Positions 44,219 to 54,433 of a stretch of DNA of 64,000 nucleotides are shown one piece after another. A program made the translations under genes and the position numbers. Source of the DNA: Azolla caroliniana (Eukaryota > Plantae > Polypodiophyta); NCBI GenBank assembly GCA_043228905.1, contig JBHGNT010000017.1, positions 11,904,001-11,968,000 of the forward strand, read 5' to 3'. Each line of letters begins with the position of its first letter. The first letter of the stretch is position 1. The notes under the pieces were generated by a model, which searched no databases, was not told the DNA's origin, and saw nothing but the letters and a program-made list of their open reading frames with translations.

Positions 44219-46261
44219 GTGAAGGCGGGAGGCAAGGAGATGGAGAATCAACAAGAGGCAATGAGCATAACGATGATGATGATGTTCGAGCGGATGCTAC
44301 AAGAACAACGAGTGATGTCGGAGATCACGGGGGCAGTAAAGCGGCTCGTACAACGAAACGGACAATTCAACGGAAACGATGTGTCATGCTATCTACGTGA
44401 CTACAAGGCGGAGATGATACGATGTGGGATACCGGAAGGATTGCAAGTGACATCCTTCAATCGGGTGGCCACGGATGAGCTACAAGAAAGAATCTACAAG
44501 ATACGGCAACAAAACTCGACATGGGGGTCATTCGAAGAAGCTTTACGAGAGACATATGATTACAAGAGATCAAAGGGACAAGATCGGCGAAAATTCGACG
44601 AATGGGTGGCATCGGAGAAGACCCACCGAAGTGCAACACAAGCATTCCTAGAGTTCGAGCATCGTCTTGCTCAACTCTCGGAGCAGGAACAAAGATTGGT
44701 GGGGGAGGACAAAGTCCTAATGTTCGTAAGATCGATTGATCGGAAAGAAAGGAAGGACATCGGGATTGAACTCGAAGACGATGACGGTGCGAATGGTCTT
44801 ACCGAAGATTGGGCCGAAGTCCAAAGGGTATGCCGGAGACATGATGAGAGGAAGATGAGAATCTTGTCAACAACATGGCCGATGAAGGATGGTCGATTGA
44901 GGAAAAACGATGAAGCCAATATGAAGGCCGAAATACAACATGATGGTACCACGGGAGAAAGAGTGGAACAAGACACCCACTCGTCTTGTGAAAGAACGAT
45001 GGCGAAGGATAAGGCCGATAATGCAAGTGTAGAAGGAAATTTCGGGATACAAGTGCCCGAGACATCGGGTCAAAAAGGGGTAAGCATAATAGATGTTTGC
45101 ATAATTGATGCAGATAAAGAGTGTGAAGCGGATGTGATTAAGGAGGTAGCCACAAAAGACGAAATCGAATCGGAGGTGGCTATGGACGAATCAATGGCGG
45201 ATTGCCATATCGAGACTTCCCCACCACTGATTCCAGAGACTCCGGCGGTTGCGATCGAAAGGCAACGTGAGACCGAAGAGACGGAAGGTGGCGGAGAGAA
45301 AACGAATGTCGAAGCCGACGAATATGATGAAGAGATAGCCGAGAAGAATGCTAAGGGTGAAACTACGAAAGAAGGTAATACCGAGGATTCATGCCAACAA
45401 TATCTAGAGACTTCGGCGGTTGTGTCCGAGAACCAACGTGAGACCGGAGAGACGGGAGATGGCGGCGAGGAAGGTAAAGTCGGAAGTCGGTTCGGATGGA
45501 AAATGATCCATCCGAAATTCCAATCTAAAAGAAAGTGCGACAATGCGGAGGTCGGGTCTACGACGGGAGAAGCGCGTAATACAGAGCACGCTCTACGGCG
45601 AATAAAGAAACGTGTGTTATGGCGAATAAAGAAGCACGCGCTACGGCGAGAAAAGAAGCATGCATTACAACCACACGAGGACCGAACAACGAGCACATAT
45701 CGGAGGACCTACGTGGCGAACAACGGAAAGAAGTGCCGAAAGTCGAACCGGACAAGACAGGTGAAAACGAAGAAAAGAAAGCAAATCCGGACGAAAAGAA
45801 AAGAAAAGAAACCGACCCGAAAGAGCACTGAATCGGTAAAAACCGATCAACCGAGTCCGGATCGACCGAATACAAATCGGAAAGGAAGCCGAACTAAACG
45901 AAAGACGATCCGACGAGACCGAATCGGAAGTAAGCTAATCCGACTAAACCGAAAATCCGAAAAGAAGTCGAGATTGATGAAGAAAAGAAAGAGGGCAAGA
46001 AAAGATACTACCGCGGATGACAAGGACCAAGCGGGCCATGCAAAAAGCGAACGAAGACTATGGTGGATCGGATGGCGACAATGGTTCGGGTGGAAAGAAT
46101 GGATGTGCTCCAAATGGAGAGACAAAGTCAACATAACAAGAGAAGTCGAGGGTACTACGAGCCGGCAACAAAACCAATCGGGTAGAGACCGGACGGAGGA
46201 GACTAACAAACACCAACAACTTTGGCACATACCGGAGGATGTGCGGGTTTGGAGGGGGTGA
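44219..46261 (+). CDS. Gag-like 680-aa ORF, copy 4
   Basis: Translation identical to copy 1. Confidence 0.75.
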   Translation: MKAGGKEMENQQEAMSITMMMMFERMLQEQRVMSEITGAVKRLVQRNGQFNGNDVSCYLRDYKAEMIRCGIPEGLQVTSFNRVATDELQERIYKIRQQNSTWGSFEEALRETYDYKRSKGQDRRKFDEWVASEKTHRSATQAFLEFEHRLAQLSEQEQRLVGEDKVLMFVRSIDRKERKDIGIELEDDDGANGLTEDWAEVQRVCRRHDERKMRILSTTWPMKDGRLRKNDEANMKAEIQHDGTTGERVEQDTHSSCERTMAKDKADNASVEGNFGIQVPETSGQKGVSIIDVCIIDADKECEADVIKEVATKDEIESEVAMDESMADCHIETSPPLIPETPAVAIERQRETEETEGGGEKTNVEADEYDEEIAEKNAKGETTKEGNTEDSCQQYLETSAVVSENQRETGETGDGGEEGKVGSRFGWKMIHPKFQSKRKCDNAEVGSTTGEARNTEHALRRIKKRVLWRIKKHALRREKKHALQPHEDRTTSTYRRTYVANNGKKCRKSNRTRQVKTKKRKQIRTKRKEKKPTRKSTESVKTDQPSPDRPNTNRKGSRTKRKTIRRDRIGSKLIRLNRKSEKKSRLMKKRKRARKDTTADDKDQAGHAKSERRLWWIGWRQWFGWKEWMCSKWRDKVNITREVEGTTSRQQNQSGRDRTEETNKHQQLWHIPEDVRVWRG

Positions 46262-47309
46262 GTGTCGTAGTGTATTTTGTACACTACGTGAAAAACGTAT
46301 ATAGTATTAGATTCAATAAAAAATGAAGAAATAGAAGAAAATAGCAAAATAAATGGAACATGCATAGGGCAAGATTCGAACCTTGCACCTCCATGTTAAT
46401 AATGTAATGTCTTACCATTACACTAGCATTTCATTAGTGTTAAAGCATAGATGTCCCACATAGAAAGGTAAATTCACGCTAGGATAAACATTAGAAAAAC
46501 GCATAACAAAAGAAAAAGCTACACATACACATCTAGCGTGCATGATAAAAAACGCACAAGTTAGAAAAAAGCATGATCACTTTAGATAAAGCATATAGTC
46601 TATCTATAGGAAAAGCATGGGGTCTATAGTTAGAGAAAAAGCATGGATTACTAAGACTTCCTCATCACTACATAAGGATGGGGAGCACAATGTAATTGTG
46701 TGTGAAAAATATTTGGAAACTGGATATGTTTCTAAAAAACACCAATTAATAAACTATACTCGTGGGATTCACGAGAATTCTATATCATTCTCTTTCAACC
46801 GAAGTTTATATTCTTATATTCATATTGATTAATCTAATACAATACACTCGTGGGATTCACGAGATTGCTATAACTCTTTCTTACAACATATTTATATTCT
46901 TATTAGCCTTAAAACTCTCCTCTTTCTAGTCCAAAACCCCAGCGGTTCCCACCCGACTCACGCAACGATCCGGAGCCGAAAGGCACGACAGCGCATCCCT
47001 AAATAATACAGTTTGCACATGTGGGTGCCCAATCTGTCGATCAAACCCACAAGAGGAGTGTAAATCATCTGAGCACGTTATCTCTTCCATGAGTTATTTA
47101 TTAGATTCAATATTGTGTCTTAGAGAAACTGACGCTATCTTCCATAGTCATAAATGTGTCATGGGTTTATGTCAAGATTGTGGCCCTACTAGATTTAGGT
47201 GGTGTCTAAATGAATTGAGTAGTGAAATATTGATCTCTGTGAAGTTCTTTGAGTCAGTGAACACCAATTTCGAAGGAAAGGTGTGTAAAAGAAAGGATCT
47301 AGTTCGGAA

Positions 47310-48015
47310 GATGCTAATTAGCTACTTTACTCAACTATGGTAGTAGCTAGGATAGCTAATTAGCTACTTTACTAACTATGGTGGTATCTAGGATAGCTTA
47401 TTAGCTACTTTACACAACTATGGCAGTAGCTAATTAGCTACTATGATAGCTAATTAGCTAGTACCATAGCTAATTAGCTACTAGGATAGCTAATTAGCTG
47501 CTAGTAGCTAATTAGCTGCTAGTAGCTAATTAGCTACTAGGATAGCTTATTAGCTACTTTACACAACTATGGCAGTAGCTAATTAGCTAATAGGATAGCT
47601 AATTAGCTAGTAGGATAGCTAATTAGCTTTTTTACACAACTATGGTACTAGCTAATTAGCTAGTAGCTCATTAGCTGCCAGTAGCTAATTAGCTAGTAGG
47701 ATAGCTAATTAGCTACTTTACACAACTATGGTGCTAGCTAATTAGCTATGAGCTCCCAGTAGGATAGCTATGAGTAGCTAATCAGCTAGTAGCTAACTAG
47801 TTGGCATTAGCTAATTAGCTGCTAGTAGGATAGCTAATTAGCTAGTAGCTAACTAGCTGCCACTTAGCTAATTAACTACTATAATAAACTATGGCAGTAG
47901 CTAATTAACTAATAGGATAGCTATTAACTGCTTTAATCAACTATGGTAGTAGCTAATTAGCTACAACGATAGCAACAAAATAGTTTCCATACTTTTTACG
48001 GCTTAGCTAATTAGA
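47310..48015. repeat. Second TAGCTAATTAGCTA palindrome satellite
   Basis: Directly visible; starts where the transposase frame breaks off. Confidence 0.9.
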
Positions 48016-48029
48016 AAAGACTAAGCTTA

Positions 48030-50340
48030 TTAGCTATAGTATGGTATACCTATTAGTTTTCTCCACTCATTTGGTAGAGCTGTACTGCAATCTCCCAAAC
48101 AGAATGCAACAATTCGACAGGCATGTTGAAAACAAAGCAGATGGTATGTGTGGTTGCATGGTTGTAGGTGAACCAACAAAGACGCAGTTTTGTCCTCCAC
48201 ACCTAACCCGCAAGCGATGCAACATGCTTGAACTGTCAATAAATCATTTTCTGGTTCTGCTTCATTTGGCAAGGGAGCAAGAATGTTCAGGTCCAAATCC
48301 TGTCTAGTCCTTACCATTCCCTCCACAAAATGTAGCTGCTTTTTAAGGCAGCTAACTACCTGTTCTTGATGAATGTATTGTTCCTTCAACGCAACAGAGA
48401 AATTTACCGATTAATTATTCCTGTTGTTGAAAGATACACCAACTTTGCTCAGGAATCGTTAACTTACTTGAAGCTTATCCAAATTGTAATCTACAACAGT
48501 ATTTACACCTAGAAGGTCCAAGTTCATTGAAAGAACCTGGATCTCTATTTGCAGTTGTATTTTACGCTGGGGATCTAGTGGCCCCTCTAATTCAAGCTCC
48601 TGTTGCGCAACCTATTCCAGATAATGCTTGATTAGCACATTTTACCCTTAAAGTTATTTATAACACAATCACATACCAGCAAAACAATAGTTACCTGAAT
48701 CTTATTTCTAATCGTTGTAACAACGGAAGTAACTTTGCTCTCCATTGCAGAAGCCATTGTGGCTTTCTCTAAATCAGTCTTAAAAAATGCCAATGTCTCA
48801 CAGGCTTCATGGACATTTTTTAGCATATAGCTAACCAATGTCTCACCTGTATCATCGACATTGGCTTTCCTTGGGTGTCGGTGTGGTGTATGCCCCCGGT
48901 CTTGCTGGGAGTCGGCAGTTGCATCAACATCTACCATGCTCCAAAATCTGTCTATTTTTTGTGCCAAGGTCCCCCCCATCTTTCGGCATCTTTTTACCGA
49001 TGCCTCACCATAGACTGCCCAAGCTACCCTATACATTTCAGGGTCTCTGGATTCCTTCGCTGTTTTGCAGTACTCATATGCAAATGTTCTAGCAAATGAA
49101 ACTGACAACTCATTGTTGACTGGGATCTCCTAATGAACTTTCTGGTGCAGCCTCATGCAGTCATCGTACAAGTCAGCTCGTACATGCTTCAGCTTGACCT
49201 TGCCTTTGACTCTAGGCACTGTATATACTGTCATCCGGTCTACATCACTGATTAATTTATCACTTAGGACAGCAGGGTCAACACCCTCGAGTGATAGACC
49301 ATAGGTGTTGTGGAAGTCCTCCTTTGTCTCGCAAAATTTTGCGAAGTTTAGCACTCTCATATACGGAGGAACGAGCCATCTGAAATATCATTTCAGAAAT
49401 CAGAAATAGTGCAAAATCAGAATATGTGAGAATCAGAAACCCCAATCAACAACAAGAAAAATGGTGCAAAATCTTTAACTTAGCAAATCAGAAACCCTAA
49501 TCATAATTTGTATTTAGAAATTTGAAATCAGAAACCCTAATCAAAATCTGTAATCAGAAGTTTGAAATAAAAAACCCTAATCAAAATCTGTAATCAGAAG
49601 TTTGTAACCAGAAACCCTATTTAGAAATTCTAATAAGAAATTTATAATCAAAAACCCTAATCAGAAATTTCAATCAGAAACCCTAATCAGAAATCCTAAA
49701 CAGAAATTTATAAACAAAAACCCTATTCAGAAATTCTAATCAGAAATTCTAATCAGTAATCAAAATTTGTAACCAGAAACCCTATTCAGAAATTCTAATA
49801 AGAAATTTATAATCAAAAACCCTAATCAGAAATTTCAATCAGAAACCCTAATTAGAAATTTCAATCACAAACCCTAATAAGAAATTCTAATCAGAAATTT
49901 ATAAACAAAAACCCTAATCAGAAATTTCAATCAGAAACCCCAATCATCACTAAAGACAGGATTAAACACAAAAAAAGTAATATAAACACACCTACTGCTA
50001 CTCCCCGATTTGCGAGACATCCTTGTATGGGACTCCAAGGACTTCACCCTATTCGATTTTGGGGAAATATGAATCGGCACCAAAGTTCAGACAGTAGTCA
50101 AAAAGAAAAAACAAATGTTTGGGGTTTTTGTAACTGAAACATACCTGGACGATGATCGAGCGGGTTCTGTGTTGTAACTCTCAATCTGCAATGTCGATTT
50201 TCTGCTGTTGCGGGAGCTACATCTGCATTCGTGCTCTGAGTACTCCATCTGCAGTCAAAATCAAACTTAGGCTAAACAGGAAATTGATGACATTGAAGTC
50301 GACCTTAGATGATGGTGCTATTCCCCAAGTTCCACTACGT
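48030..50340 (-). pseudogene. Spliced cargo gene of the Sola2-like element ending in a RING-like zinc finger
   Basis: In-frame fragments 49360-49130 and 49108-48695 joined by one TAG; coiled-coil segment; C-terminal CIACG...PCNHTYHLLC...C. Exon boundaries only partly resolved. Confidence 0.5.
49430..49950. repeat. Degenerate AAACCCTAATCAG / GAAATT repeat tract
   Basis: More than ten aaaccctaa(t)-like units interleaved with cagaaatt; probably intronic. Confidence 0.85.
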
Positions 50341-53300
50341 CTGAAACAGAAGTTCAAATATTTGAGTTTTTTCATAAATTAGTTTTTCAAATATTTGATT
50401 TTCCCACAAAAAAGACTAGCTAAACAAATAGCTAATTAGCTATGGCCATTTTAGTAGCTAATTAGCTATAATAGTGTTTCCACTCGCATGCTTTTACCCT
50501 CGATTTAACATCACGTAATAACTTATATACACATATGTACATTATCACATATATACGATCAACTACGTATACACGTGACCACATATGCCTATATTAAACA
50601 AATCGTTATATTTAATAGCCAAAAATGACGTAATCGAGGCATATACCTCTACGCACACGAGACATCCAAAAATAAGGGTTAATTGTAATACGCAATTGAG
50701 GTATTGAACTCTTACACATATTAGACCAAACGCATATCATTTACAACGAATCGAGGTATTGACCTCATACACAAACGTAACATACATTTGTGAACGTAAT
50801 ACGCAATTGAGGTATTAACCTCGTGCGCATACGACACTCATCACATATTCAATGTACGTCAAATGAGGTATTGACCTCATACACATATGTAAACGTTTTA
50901 TACCACCAATGAATTACCACTACAACATCATTGAATTAATGAAAAAAATCTACATATTAACCATACCCATGATTAGATGGGAGAAGAAAAATAGACAAAA
51001 AAACAACAAGAAAGATTACCGAAGTTCCTTTGTTGATCCTTGTCTGCATGAAGGCTGACCGCACGTGGATCGATGCCATCAATCAAGAACACAAAAGACA
51101 ACAAAAGAAACATTTGAAAATGAGCTCTAATACCAACTTTTAGAGACATAGAATAAAGCATTAGATAAGGATGGAATATAGATGAATAGATAGATCTAAA
51201 TAGAGAGGAGAGAGAGAAAGAAGGGTGCCGATCCACCCGACCACCCCCGAACGAAGGGATCGAGACGGACTTGAGCCTCGATCGGCGTCTCATACCACCG
51301 CCTTGGCGTCGAGTCGTACCTAGTGCTAGCTCACTCACTACAAGAGTCGAACCACTCACGAACAACGTCTCAACGTAGTCAATAGATGATGAAATGAGGG
51401 TAGCTAGGCCTCTTATTTATAGCGATACCCAAGGCCCCCAACCATGTTCACAGTTGGCCTAATGGGTTGTCTCAATCCCGAGGATTAAAAGTAATCCTCC
51501 CCTTTTTTACACTCTTGTTTAACCCTCACACTTATCCACGTGTATAAAATACTACAGTAAATTTTGACCACGGGATATTATATGGTCATGCCCGTAACAT
51601 GAGCGGTTTGGTGAAGATATCGGCAACTTGCCGATCCGTCTGAACATACCTGTCACAAAATGTGAATATCAAGGTTTGAACTTGTGACCTTCAAACAATG
51701 GTCTTACACTTCAACCATTGCACCAACTCATTTTCATTAATAAATATATTTTCATATTATTATTATTCAAGAACTCTAAAGCACTAGACACATTAGATGA
51801 CCGCCAAATGGCATGCACCCTGTACGCCAAATGGCGTACAACATGTATGCCAAATGACGATCATGCACATTCTGATGTACAGTATATAAGTCAAAGATCT
51901 GCTCAGTGTTGAACCATTCCGGTTCAACACCAGTCTTCAGCAACCTTGTAATCTCGGTTTCCGGTAATAGAAATTCTTGAATTTTTGTCTTGTAAACTTC
52001 TTCTCGTTTGTTGTTATCTTCTTTTCTTCGAAATTGACCTTGTCTTTGAAGCTTGGGTCGCGACAGTTTGAACTGGAATCCCACATTTTTAGATTATCGA
52101 GGCTTGAACAAGGTTATGATTCGAAATCGATATGCTCTACCATTGATTCCAAATCTCTTGGAACGTCTCAATGGGGCCAAATACTTCACAAGGCTAGACT
52201 TATGAGGAGCTTACAACCTTGTTCGTATTCGACCCGGTGATGAATGGAAAACTGCTTTTCGCACACGATATGGTCACTTTGAGTACACAGTAATGCCATT
52301 CGGGCTTACAAATGCTCCAGCAGTTTTCCAACATATGGCAAATGATATCTTTCGAGATTTCCTCGATATCTTCATGATAATTTACTTGGATGACATACTA
52401 ATCTACTCAAAGACACAAGAGGAGCATAATAATCATGTTTGACAAGTTCTACAATGATTACGGGAATTTAGTCTTTATGCCAAACTAGAGAAGTGTTGCT
52501 TTGACCGCAATCAAGTTGAGTTTCTAGGGTATATGGTCTCTCCAGAAGGTATTTTTATGGATCCAAAGAAAGTACAAACAATTCTAGATTGGAAGACACC
52601 AGGCTCAGTTCGTGATCTGCAATGTTTCTTGGGATTTGCGAATTTCTACCGCAAGTTCATCAAGAGTTACTTAAAAGTTGTTTTGCCCCTCACGGGACTA
52701 ACACAGAAGAACCGACCATTTGTATGGACATCAAGCGCAATTGATGCATTTGATAGCTTGAAGCAAGCATTTACATCTGCTCCCATTTTGGTCCACATTG
52801 ACCTTAAAAAGCCGTTTATCATAGAAGCAGATGCATCTGATTTTGCACTAGGAAGTGTTCTATCGCAAGTAGCGGATAATGAGAAATTACATCCAGTTGC
52901 ATTTCATTCAAGAAAGTTTTAACCTGTAGAAATCAATTATGAAATCCATGACAAAGAATTGTTGGCAATTGTTGATTCTTTCGAACAATGGCGTCACTTC
53001 TTGGAAGGTTCTCCCCACCAAATTATTGTTTACAACGATCATAAAAACCTCACATACTTTCAAAATGCTCGAGTTCTAAATCAACGACAAGCTCGGTGGG
53101 CACAATTTCTAACATGGTTCAACTTTGTGATAACATATCGACCAGGAACACAACAAGGTAAAGCTGATGCCTTATCAAGACGCTCTTATTTTGCACCAAA
53201 ACCGGGGGACCCAACTTACGACAATCAAGAACAAGTCCTTTTGAGCCCTAGTCGTCTACGATTAATGGTGACAAATGTTGCTGAGACAACTTTGGATTCA

Positions 53301-54433
53301 AAATTTCTCGATTCTATTCGCTCAAGCATTGGTTCAGATGATTTTGCACAAGATATTTTAGACCACATTGTTCCAGATCGTGCTTCTTGTTCACGCTCCA
53401 AGTTTTCTCGCATGGATTATGGGAACTTCAATTGGCATGATGGGTTGCTTTTTCGAAACAACCGTACTTATATTCCTGATGGACCTTTTCGACTTGAAAT
53501 CTTGCATCACTGCCATGATTCACCGCTAGCTGGATATTTCGGAGTTTTGAAAACATTAGAGCTAGTTACCCAAAACTATTGGTGGCCTCAGGTTTGTCAG
53601 TTTGTCATAGACTATGTTTACTTGTGATGTATGTTGTCGATCAAAGATGCCTCGACATCGGCCATATGGTTTGTTGCACCCATTGTCCATTCCAGATGGT
53701 CCGTGGAAATCCATTTCTATCGATTTCATCACAGATCTCCCATCTTCCCAAGGCTATGATGCAATTCTTACAGTCGCTTTACAAAAATGGCACATTTTCT
53801 TCCATGTAGAAAAACTTTTACTAGTCAAGAATTGACAAGTCTTGTTATGTGAGAAGTTTTCAAGCACCATGGCCTTCCAGATGAAATCATTAGTGATCGT
53901 GGACCACAATTTATTGCAAAGTTTTGGACACACTTGAGAGCCTTGGAATTTCTAGTAAACTATCTTCAAGCTATCATCCTCAAACCGATGGGCAAACGGA
54001 ACGCACAAATCAAACATTAGAACAATATCTCTGTTGCTTTATCAACTATTAACAAGATGATTGGATGGATTTCTAACACGTTCGCGTTCACAAGTGGAAG
54101 GATCGCGCATAAATGGAAGGATAAGGGTAATTTTAGGGGTTTTTCAATGATTTTACAAAACACATTGATACCAGTATCATACAAGTTCAAACATACTATG
54201 AAAAAGGTTAAAAATCCACTATTTTCGTGATTTAGAAGTAACTAAAAAAAGACGAATTTCAAAAACGTACATTCTCAATTTATATCACAAACTTTACAAC
54301 CAATGTTATTTTATAAGAAACGATTTTTGGGAAATCATAAGAATTCAAAACACATGATTTTATATTACTCGATTTGTTACAAGCGGAATGTAGTTACACT
54401 TAATAGCCAAATATACATTCATGATAGAGTCCT

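Larger units (their letters stand above)
35107..46990 (+). mobile_element. Tandem array of a gag-only non-autonomous LTR retroelement: 5 LTRs and 4 internal units, period 2789 bp
   Basis: 728-bp TG..CA LTRs at 35107, 37896, 40685, 43474 and 46263; single TSD GCGC; PBS tggtgaacccgacgtgaa (complement of the plant tRNA-Trp 3' end); PPT ggaggggg. Confidence 0.95.
32561..47310 (+). pseudogene. Spliced transposase N-terminal half (Sola2-like), interrupted by two insertions; catalytic half missing
   Basis: Exon 32561-33310, intron 33311-34170, then 34171-34328 + 35083-35106 + 46995-47310 read in frame after removing the inserts: FKSLTPQFVRRLKDRYTCCCIYHVQM...LLRHHSASLNNTVCTCGCPIC...KCVMGLCQDCG. Confidence 0.65.
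31303..50499 (+). mobile_element. Sola2-like DNA transposon, internally deleted (~6.5 kb net of nested inserts)
   Basis: 25-bp TIRs 31303-31327 and 50475-50499 (22/25 match, GG..CCC ends); palindromic 4-bp TSD TCGA (31299-31302, 50500-50503), with a 3-bp ATT reading also possible; transposase N-terminal remnant inside. Confidence 0.75.
8767..51599 (-). mobile_element. Ty3/Gypsy chromovirus, decayed, host of nested insertions
   Basis: LTRs 8767-9232 and 51138-51599; TSD TGAGC (8762-8766, 51600-51604); Met-like PBS tggtattagagc at ~51124-51135; PPT next to 9233. Domains: gag ~30343-29282 (CVFCKKKGHTKEQC), protease ~29200, RT ([17 protein letters not shown]), RNase H (TDASDYAIG), integrase split at 26641/9940, chromodomain 9225-9506 (PERIL...KIKW...DATWE). 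Confidence 0.92.

Noticed and set aside
49430-49950. Interstitial telomere
   Set aside because: No contiguous (TTTAGGG)n; the motif is embedded in longer units inside a transposon.
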